This document shows positions 54,403 to 64,000 of a stretch of 64,000 nucleotides of DNA, piece by piece (position 1 is the first letter of the stretch; every line of letters starts with the position of its first letter). The translations under genes and the position numbers were made by a program. The notes beneath the pieces are model-generated. The model worked only from the letters and a program-made list of their open reading frames with translations. It was not told the origin of the DNA and did no database searches. Source of the stretch: Chrysomallon squamiferum (taxonomy: Eukaryota > Animalia > Mollusca); assembly GCA_012295275.1 (NCBI GenBank), contig CM022672.1, positions 23,622,001 to 23,686,000 on the forward strand. Reading direction: 5' to 3'.

Positions 54403-56940
54403 CTTTTTTGTTTTATTATTAGAAGAATCATCATATAGGACAATGCACACTTTCTCAATGATGGAATCTTTCTTGTCTGTGAAATGGCTTTCCATAGCAT
54501 TCAACATAGTTGTAACAACAATCTCTGGAGGATATCTTAAAATCCCAGTACCAAGAGTAGGAAATGCAATTGTCTTGTAATGATATTTTTCACACAATGT
54601 CAGACATTCCAGAATGAACTTAGTCATTAGGTGCGTCTGTAGAAAATAAAGGCAAGAGATAAATAAAGATGGTTGATTAATAAATTAATGCATCAGATCA
54701 GTTCCATTATGTTAATTTTCATTCCATGTATGATATATGATAATAAATACATAGTCATATTAAGATGCATCGACATATGGAAAAAAGAGCTTGTATGCAC
54801 ATATTAATTTATATTAATTTATAATATAATAGTTTGTACTGCATTGTCATTCTAACTCAGTCTGTTTTGAAAATGTTTCCTCAAAATGGTCACAGCAAAT
54901 AACACTGTTTGTATCAAATTTAAACATGTCAACTGAATATCCAAAGCCTAAATTATAAAGCCATTACTGTACTTTTGGCTCTTTTATATTCCTTGGTAAA
55001 TGGAAATTTTGGTACTTCACCCTCACACACACACTTGCTTGTACAGAACCAAGCTTATTGTTCTAGAAAGTTGTCATTCTATGATGTATTAATCTATGCA
55101 AATAATTCTCAGTAACTGTGGTGTACATTTATTATTATTATTGTTTTCAAATATAGCTCCAAAAAAGCAAAATGGCAGAATTCATGAAATTGCTAAATAT
55201 TTTAAAATAGAAATATTTATACTTTAATAGTAGATATTGGCCACCAGAAACATTACAGCAGTAACAAGGAAGTACAGATAGCATGTTTATGCTATATTTT
55301 TATTGTTCCTTAAGTATAAATTAAGTATTTGTCATATTAGAAAGGGTATAGCCTACTTTATATTTAACAATTGAATCAAATAATGATTTCAGATTTAAAC
55401 CAATTTAGAAGATTTAAATAGACCAAGAAACCTTGTTTTATATTACAATGCGCTGAATGAAGAATCTTATCATAGACAAAAATATTGTCAAGAGACACTG
55501 CAGTATTTTTAGTCACATTTTCAACATAATCTATAGAGAAGTCATTTGAATTTGTTCTTTAGTTCTTAAAGAAAGAAAGATAAATAACTAAAGATAACTT
55601 TACAATTTGTTTCTTAAATTCATGAATGTTATTTTGTGACAAAATGTTAATTACCTTTTTATCATACACTGGCAGAGCTCCATGAAATATTGCCTTAACT
55701 CCTGATAATCTTCCAGGTCCTGTGACTGCTACTTCCCCTTCTTGAATTCCAGATTTATATTTCTCTCTACATTCTTTTTTAATCTGATCTCCTGCTGATT
55801 CAAGTAATGATTTTGAAATCATCCCTTGATTAAGATACAAACCTGTGTTTGTGGAATTCACCAGAACATCGAACTGAAAAGAAATACATATTTTTTCTAC
55901 ATTTCTGAAAAAAGATTCCATTAAAGAATTAGATTTCATATAATATTACAAACTAACTAAAATTAACTAAATAAATAAATAATATTTTATAACAATGGAA
56001 ATTGTAACAATTTCCTTCATTACCATACTTTATGCATGCACTGATACTAAACGGCTATTTCAAATAAAAGATGTATTTATCTGTATTCCTAAAATATTTA
56101 TTATATTTAACTGGAATGGGAAATTAATTTAATATCCATTTAGGAATTATATTTGGATATATATTTTTTAATGTTCCTGAGATAAAAAGCAGGATATATT
56201 CATGTGCGAATGTTCTATGTGACTGACTGTTGACTGAATTTATAGAACTCATTGACATCACTAGTATTTACAGTATCTTGAATACAATATTACGGAAATT
56301 CTTGGACCAAATAACATAAGCAGACAATACAAGAAAAAACAGCCAGTTATTAATTAGTTATTCTCTATGTTGCCAGTGACATATGGATATGATTATGAAT
56401 ATGTAGAATAAATTATAGAGAAAAACAATCCCTTTTGGTAATGTCAAAATTATGAAGAAACCACCGTCTATACCCATAACTGATTTTAAAATAAAAATAA
56501 AATAAATAATAATAATTAAAATAAATTAAATAATAATAACTAACATTTTTTTTTAAAATAACATATTCATATTCAAATGTTTTTTGTCATAGTGAAAAAC
56601 AAAAAGTCATCTGATGCTGTCTAGGGTTATAAATAATACAGTATGCAGGTTACTCATGATTACTTCATCAGGTGTATTTTACCACATAATTCAGAATCCT
56701 GTGGTTAATGCTGTTTTCCTTATAAATAAATCTAATTCTGAATAATATAAATGAACAAATGTATGACATTATAAATGACAGACTGAGGAGGTAGAGTTTA
56801 GAAAATAAAGAAGCTGATGTCGTAAGAAAAAGTGTAACTTTTATAAGGTTAAATTAAAACAGTATTTTTATTTTGTACCTTTTGCTTTTCAAGTTCTCCA
56901 AAATGAATGTCAATCTTTGAAATATATGTTTTAGCAGCAT
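54403..56940 (-). CDS. Macrodomain 1 exons (PARP14 macro-2-like)
   Basis: IDIHFGELEKQK|FDVLVNSTNTGLYLNQGMISKSLLESAG..GEVAVTGPGRL..KAIFHGALP|..CLTLCEKYHYKTIAFPTLGTGILRYP..VCIVLY shows a classic macrodomain pattern. The three exons are open and in phase. Confidence 0.85.
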
Positions 56941-59900
56941 CTATTAAAGAAAATAAAAAAAATTTAAAAATTATTTTTCCACTAAGGTTATGTAAAGTGG
57001 CATGAATTAAGGACAAATGTTTAAAAATACAGTCATCTTGAAACCAAAATAATATTTATAATAAATTGACTTTTAATGTAAACAAACAATTATTCAAGAC
57101 CACTTCACAATCATCATTCTCATTTTGTGAAACTGAGCTGTTTTCTGGTGATGTGATTGTTATTTTAGCTTTCAGTTTCTTCAGCTGCATATGTAATTAA
57201 ACCAACAATCTCATATCCAGTATCTTTATCACTAGCAATGTTTTTAATAAGTACATATTCTCTGTCATACTCTCTTCAATTTTATCGAAAATGCTTTTTT
57301 CAATCACTATCTTCTTTTTCTCAAAATTTGTAAAATATGTTTAATTTCTTACAAAATATTAGGCAGAGATTTAAAACTTCCAACAAGAAATCATTTTTTT
57401 TTTTTTTGTATTTGGAATAACCAAAATTTTTCTTTTTCAAATTTATTTTGAATATTTGTTGCTCAAGGAGTTTTGTTACAGCTGTGAGGACATTTTCTCG
57501 TGGTGTTCCAAAATGACTTCTTCAACCACTTTCTCTGCTGGTTTTACTTTGTCACCTTCAACATGCAAGACATTTTCTTCTTTAAAATCAAATGCATGAA
57601 TGATATTTAGCTTCATTAATTTTTCACGTACGAGGTTTTGTGCCTCATTACTACCTTTTAAGAAGTCAAATCTCAATGATGAAATTTTCACAGATATAAC
57701 CAGTTTCTCTAATCTTTTGCACACCTCTGCACATATGTCTTTCTTTCAAAAAATTATGAATTCAACTTCTGACTCACATCTAGAAACTGGATCAATCGTT
57801 ACAATGTTTTCATTAAACTCCTTTGAAATGTGCAAAATTTCATGTATTAAGTCTCTGCTAAAGAAAACACATTTTTCTTGCAAACAGTCAGATCTTTGTC
57901 TTAAGAATTCCAATGCCTCAGAAACTGCATCATTTAGTCCAACAAACACTAGTATGTTTTCTGAATTATTTAGTATACCTAACAACTGTATTCCATACTT
58001 TTTTTCAAGTTCTCCTGATATCTGGTCAAGTTCATGCAGTTTCCTAATTGAGTATATCCACCCTTTGTTCAATTTTCTCCCCCCTGGTCTCCCTTTGAGG
58101 CTTCAATGTGTAAAATAAATTCAGGTCAATCTCAAAAATGTGCTCATTGTCGCGTCATTTAGAGATTTTTTAACATAGTCCTGGGCTGTAACATTGGACT
58201 TCAAAAATGCCAGTTTTGTAATTGAAATAGATAATCTGATGAATATGTTTTCCAATTTGTATCAAACAGTTTTGCTGATATCATTTATAACAATAATTAA
58301 CTCTTGTTTCACAGGTAGCACGTTTTTTTTAATGACATCATGTCGTGATCATACTGATCAGATATTTGCTGAATTTCATAAAAATTCTAGCAGCATTGCA
58401 TAAAGTAACCGTTCTATCTTTATAACTGTTTAACATTTTATGGATCTTTTCTAATACAGATGATATTATACTTGTGGTACCAACAATTAATAAATCTTCA
58501 TTATTACAAGAAAGCAATATCTTTTCATCTTGCAATTTATTCTCTCAGCTGCTTTCTCAATTCCAAGGAGTTTTGTAATAGGCTGTGTACATATGTTTTC
58601 ACAGAATTCAGAGATGATTTCATCAAGTAAAGTCTTTGCTTTCTGCACTTCTCTGTCTTCATTGTGAACTATAACTCCTCTTGCAAAATGAAACTTGTAA
58701 TGGATTTGTTTCTCCTTGAAGTTTTCATCTATTACATCAGTAAACTCCTGATAATATTTCAGTTTTAAAGGAGAAAGTGGAATTGTGATAAATAAATTCT
58801 CCATTTTTGTTACAAACAGTAGCACATATGTCTCTAAAACCAACAATAACAAAACCAGTTTTTGACTCATTGGTAAATGGTTTGATAATTAAAGTATGGT
58901 CATGATAAGTGGCAGGAATGTCCTGGAATTCATCAGACTTTCTTTTCTTCATATGAATCCAAATATTTATTAATTTTTTTCATAACATCATGTGTTCCAA
59001 TAAACAGTAATGAGTTTTTGTCATCTTTTGGAATAACTAATAACTTCTCTTCTCCAAATTTTTCTTCAATTCTTTCAGCTATTTTTGACAGACCAAGAAC
59101 TTTTTTTAAGGGTTTTTCAGATATATTCTCTTCATGTTGTTTAATTATTTCATCTAGCATCTACTCTGATTTCTCTGCACTCTTGCATTCTGTAAACATT
59201 ATAATTCCTTTTTCTGGTTCAAACTGACATTTTGTTTGCTAACTTTCAAGTCTTTTCAAAATGTAATTCAGTGCAGTGTCCTTGGATTTCAAAAATCTAA
59301 CTTTCAGAGCTGAAAGTTTCACCAGTTTACTTTCCTGCTTTTCTTTCTAATGATCTAAACTGTGCCTCTCTGATTTGCAATCCAGATAGCTTCCTATAAA
59401 TTATATTCACACTTCTTACCATAATCAAAATACTAGTTAAAAAAATTCTACTTTTATTTAAGTAGAGGGTGCTAACTGCAACATTATAAAAAGTCCTCGC
59501 TTTCCATGGCAATACTTACAACTGTCTTCTAGCACTAACTGTTGATAGAAATGTGATTACTTAAATGTTCTACAGTAAATAATTTCTGCTGTAACAAATG
59601 CTGAAACAATTTTATTTATTTTATTTTATTTTATTTTATTCATTTAATTTTAACAATTGGAACCTATTAAAATAAACAATATAATACCACGCTGATGAAC
59701 TCCATCTGAATGGGCTGCCATCTTTAAACAATCCGAATCAAACAGTAGTCGCCATTGCAGTTACATTCTACAAAAATAAATAAATGATCATTTCATATCG
59801 TCACCCCTTCCATCGAACGATAATGACTGTATGGTGCATTTTATTTTTTGAATATAAAAACGTTCTTTTCAAATGTAAATTGAGAGACAGAGAGTTAAAT

Positions 59901-60120
59901 GTCATGACAGTGAACTGATAAACATACAATGATTATGATATATATACACTACATTAGGAAATGGTAACTCGGTTAATGATTTAATAATAATCGTATATAT
60001 ACCTGCATGTGGTTACATAAGTAATAAATAATAAACTGATATATTTTGTAATTAAAATTCAATAGAACAACATTTTAAATAATAACCGTTCGAATAAAAA
60101 GAATTGCAGCCAGAAGTTAA

Positions 60121-60140
60121 GGAAATCGAAACCGAAACTG
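60121..60140. promoter_or_regulatory. ISRE / IRF-binding element upstream of the macro-Deltex gene
   Basis: GGAAATCGAAACCGAAACTG has three GAAA cores with 2-nt spacing and contains GAAACCGAAACTG (ISG15-type ISRE core). It lies ~400 bp upstream of the putative ATG at 59721, with a CRE-like TGACGTAA at 60167-60174. Confidence 0.7.
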
Positions 60141-60263
60141 GGAGTTATTAGAAATCGCGTGACAAGTGACGTAAAATAAAAACTAGACTGGACTATCAGC
60201 TCAATTCGAAATCCTAACACTTCGTAACTTCCGATTAAAATAAACAAATAAATAAATAAACCG

Positions 60264-60317
<54 letters not shown>

Positions 60318-60321
60318 TGAA

Positions 60322-60364
<43 letters not shown>
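60264..60364. repeat. (AAT)n-(ATT)n inverted microsatellite
   Basis: An AAT run, a short ATGAAT spacer, then an ATT run. Confidence 0.9.
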
Positions 60365-60367
<3 letters not shown>

Positions 60368-60713
60368 TAAAAGAAAAAAGAAAAGTAAATAAATAAATAT
60401 TCAACAAGTTGGGGCTTAAACTAGGATGTTAATATTATTCTGAAGCTGTCTCGATACAGAAAAATCTGAATTTTGATTAGTAAACACGTACACGCAAAAT
60501 AAAAAAGTTCATAACTTTTATTTATTTATTTAAGTTCAGAAAACGAAGTAACAGAAAAATTACTTGAATGAACATATTTAAATAGTAGTTTTTCAGGGAT
60601 CGATAGCCGCTAAGAATAAACGTAATTGAAAGGATAACAAGGAATTTAAGTATTTTCACTGCCTTAGTACTTTAATTCTTTATGCACTTATATTACACTA
60701 ATATATGTAATGC

Positions 60714-60717
<4 letters not shown>

Positions 60718-60782
<65 letters not shown>
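60718..60782. repeat. (GA)n microsatellite
   Basis: Direct inspection. Confidence 0.95.
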
Positions 60783-60785
<3 letters not shown>

Positions 60786-61219
60786 GTGTGTGTGTATGTA
60801 TTACATAACTGTATTTATTTTTGACACGACAAGCCATATTGGTAGAAATAAAAAGACCATACACATTTCAATGATGTTAACCTACAGGACTACGACATAA
60901 ATAAGTATTTTTACTCTTGTGCTAACCTACTATTTTAAACATTTAAGAATTTTAATTTATATTAATATATGAAACTAATGAGAGATAGAGTAACATGCAT
61001 TTATTTAAAAATCTTTTCTTCACAGCATAATTAAACCAGTAAATTGGTACACAATAAAGACTACAGCGACATAAGTGCTTGCACATTATATCTACAATAT
61101 AATTATATAGGAAGATGAAAATGTATTATTATAAGTTATATATTCTGAAATTAAAATATAAATAAAAATTTAAAATAATAATCTGTAAACAAAATAAAAT
61201 AAAAAGAGTGAAATAGCAG

Positions 61220-61290
61220 ATACAACATTTTGCGGCAAGAAAGTACGAACATTAAAGAAATCGAAAACGAAACTGAGTTACTAAAATCGC
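61220..61290. promoter_or_regulatory. Second copy of the ISRE-bearing repeat
   Basis: GAAATCGAAAACGAAACTG at 61257-61275 in a context homologous to 60103-60158 and 61702-61775. Confidence 0.6.
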
Positions 61291-61426
61291 TAAAATAGTA
61301 AGTAGATCGTTAAAACACAAAAATTATATTGAAAAATTAATAACAAAATAAATTCATGAATAAATACCTAAATACCTAGGCAAATAAAGACTGCTCTGAT
61401 AGAATGATTTTCAAGCAGTCTCCATA

Positions 61427-61430
<4 letters not shown>

Positions 61431-61517
<87 letters not shown>
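61431..61517. repeat. (GA)n microsatellite
   Basis: Direct inspection. Confidence 0.95.
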
Positions 61518-61522
<5 letters not shown>

Positions 61523-61701
61523 CATTACATCGGGAGAAGGTAATTCATCCATTCACCGTTTGAATAATAATTATATGTAATTATTTATATAGATCTATCG
61601 ATGAATTTAAATGAGAATAAAGTCATAAATTTATATATATATTGAAATTAAAATATATATAAAACCAATTTTTAAACAGTTATCATTAAAATAAATTCCA
61701 A

Positions 61702-61775
61702 ATACAATGTTTTGCAGTATGAACGTACAAAAATTAAGGAAATCGAAATAGAATCTGGGAGTTACTAGAAATCAC
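61702..61775. repeat. Third, degenerate copy of the ISRE-bearing repeat
   Basis: TTAAGGAAATCGAAATAGAATCTGGGAGTTACTAGAAATC aligns with TTAAGGAAATCGAAACCGAAACTGGGAGTTATTAGAAATC at 60117-60156. Confidence 0.7.
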
Positions 61776-61785
61776 AAAATAATAA

Positions 61786-61816
<31 letters not shown>

Positions 61817-64000
61817 AAACTGAAAAGTAAATGAATTAAAAATGTAAAAATAAAATAAAATAAATAATCAAGAAGCTGGTTGCTAAAATAGCATGTAAAC
61901 ATTCGTCTGACTTTCTGACTTAAAAGCTTTCTCGATAAAGAGCAACTTTTGTAGTCTGAATTATTTAAACACGGTATGTAAAATAATAACATTTTCTTAT
62001 GATGAATAATATATTCTTTAGCATTTTCACTTTATTTGCCATGGGAATAATTAATTTTAATAGACAGATAATGTGATCGTGTTAAAGTGATTAAATCGAG
62101 TCTTTCAAAATGTAAAATCGATTGACTAACGTGAATATACATACATATACATATAGACGTACACAAATACACAAAGAAAGAGAGAAAGTATATACTAATA
62201 TTTTACTGAAATCAGGAAACCCATCATATGAACAGAGATATAAAATATATTTAAAATCGAATAGATTTTTGTTTCAGCAGAAGTAAAGAATTTTTGTTCT
62301 CTGTGGAAGCCGGGACCGTTTAGGGCCAAAGATTGATCAGGTCTGCCAAGTAAAATTATTAATTAAAATTATTTTCACAAATTTAAGAAATCTCTAAAAT
62401 GTTCGCCAAAGTTTCATTAACAATGGAAAGACTTGTAGGCCTATATGATTAACGCTTGTCTAATATGAAGATATATCTAATTACATGTTTCAAGTTATAT
62501 TGGTTATTTATTGTTAATAATTGGTTCGCTGAGCTCATCATATTCCAAGACCAGGTTGTGTGTGTGTGTGTGTGTGTGTGTGTTGTACATTCTAGTCCGA
62601 GTACACTGGCGGAGAACTGCTCAGTCAGACAACTGCTCAGACGGACATCTGGATGGATATCTCTGGTTCTCTGCCATTTGGCAACGATTACGGCTAGTTT
62701 ACTCTTATAAAAATATTTTTGGCTTTGCATTCCTTTAGATTCATCATTTTCGAGTTCGTTTGTAGCACAAACAAATACAACTTAGTTGTACATACACACG
62801 CTACAAGAAGAAACCCAAGACCTCTATTACCAAAATCACGAACTCGGAAATCTTAGGACATGCTTGTTCCAAATGATAGGTTTTAATAAATTATATTCAA
62901 AATCTACTTTTTACTTTTAAACGCCGCTGAAAATGGATAAAATGTTATCTTGTAAACAGATAAACAGAAAAAAACTACTACTATTACATTCTATCAGAAT
63001 ATGAGTAGACGAATCTGTGGATTATCTCTTTTCATTTTTCACCCATATATATATATATATTTAAGGCAGAAAACTTGCATTCGTATAAAATATTATGAAA
63101 TCTGTAAATAAAGTTTATTTAATATTTATGAGTATGAATATATCTGTTTTTACATATACATATGTGTTTTAAAACGAATTAATATATTGTTTTCACAAGC
63201 TTCATCCAGTAATACACTACTTGATTGGCAAAATTAATTTGTTTCAAAACCACAGTTATTTTCTTTTGGCATTTTTGTTGTACAGTACATGTACATAATT
63301 ATAACAAATTAATGGCGATCTTCATAAATATGACTGGGAAAAATTATGCATGTAAACTGAGATTAACACCAAATGAAATTTAGGCTTACAAAAATAATTT
63401 AAAAATTACATCAAATAATAAATAAGATTTTATTAATTATCTCAGAAACTTGCAACATATACCAATGTAAATATTTAATGACATTCCTTCTTTCTTTTTT
63501 AAATCTAATATAAACAAACGTTCACATATGTTATATCTATGACACAGTTTTTAAAATTAAATCATACATCTCACTATTTTATGACCAGGCATTCATTAAA
63601 TACATAAACAGTTTAGAAAACTTTGAAAATAAGTTACTATTCTTATAAATATTTTATGGTTGAGTCGCTATATATATATATATCTGCCTTCCTATGAATA
63701 TTAGGTCTAATAAAAATTGATTTTGTCTTGTACCAAGATTTAAGTGTATGAGAAGACACTTATGAACTTAAGTGTTTTTAACTGAAATAAAATTGAAAAA
63801 TTGTTTAAACAATTACTGATGTATCAGTATGATATGTTCTTAATGTTTTCGCCTTAAAGGAAACCTTTTTTAATATAGAACAATGACACAGTTTAATTTT
63901 TCTGCTGATAACTGCAAATGAATAAAAAGTTTAATAAATTTAATAAAACATGTTATGTAGAAGTAAGATGCAGAAACAATAACTATTAAAAATTCTTGAA

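Larger units (their letters stand above)
46634..59721 (-). pseudogene. Multi-macrodomain RING-Deltex (PARP14/PARP9-macro + DTX3L-like) gene, disrupted in this assembly
   Basis: Putative exons: 59721-~59688 (MAAHSDGVHQ, tentative), a large degraded exon ~59500-57110, then 56940-56879, 55873-55655, 54636-54403, 54030-53990, 53123-53010, 52675-52622 (tentative), 51622-51446, 51154-50930, 50738-50617, 50115-48827, 48367-47913, 47328-47129, 46739-46634. Lesions: in-frame TAG at 59239-59241 and 59161-59163, and frameshifts near 58940, 58805, 58540, 54000, 49040 and probably 48827. Confidence 0.75.

Noticed and set aside
57600-58118. 172-aa plus-strand ORF
   Set aside because: Antisense shadow of the minus-strand degraded exon.

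Overview
AT-rich, intron-rich, microsatellite-rich animal genomic DNA. It is invertebrate-like, and a lophotrochozoan such as a mollusc is plausible but unproven. The left half holds three conserved housekeeping genes: WDR1/AIP1 (+, 5' end outside the window, with a U12-type AT-AC minor intron), ANKRD39 (-) and CLINT1/epsinR (-). The right half looks like an innate-immunity locus. It has an intronless CD225/dispanin (IFITM-like) gene (-) and a large minus-strand gene whose exons assemble into KH-like repeats, three macrodomains, a C3HC4 RING and a Deltex C-terminal (DTC) domain, resembling a single-chain PARP9/PARP14-macro plus DTX3L fusion. That gene shows a 5'-to-3' gradient of decay, with nonsense and frameshift lesions at the 5' end and an intact RING-DTC. 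Its DTC appears to have replaced the residues used for ADP-ribose ubiquitylation. Its promoter carries a canonical ISG15-type ISRE within a motif repeated three times. MITE-like elements, a probable LINE relic and a local tandem duplication are also present. All exon models were derived by hand, and homology calls rest on recalled family sequences, not database searches.
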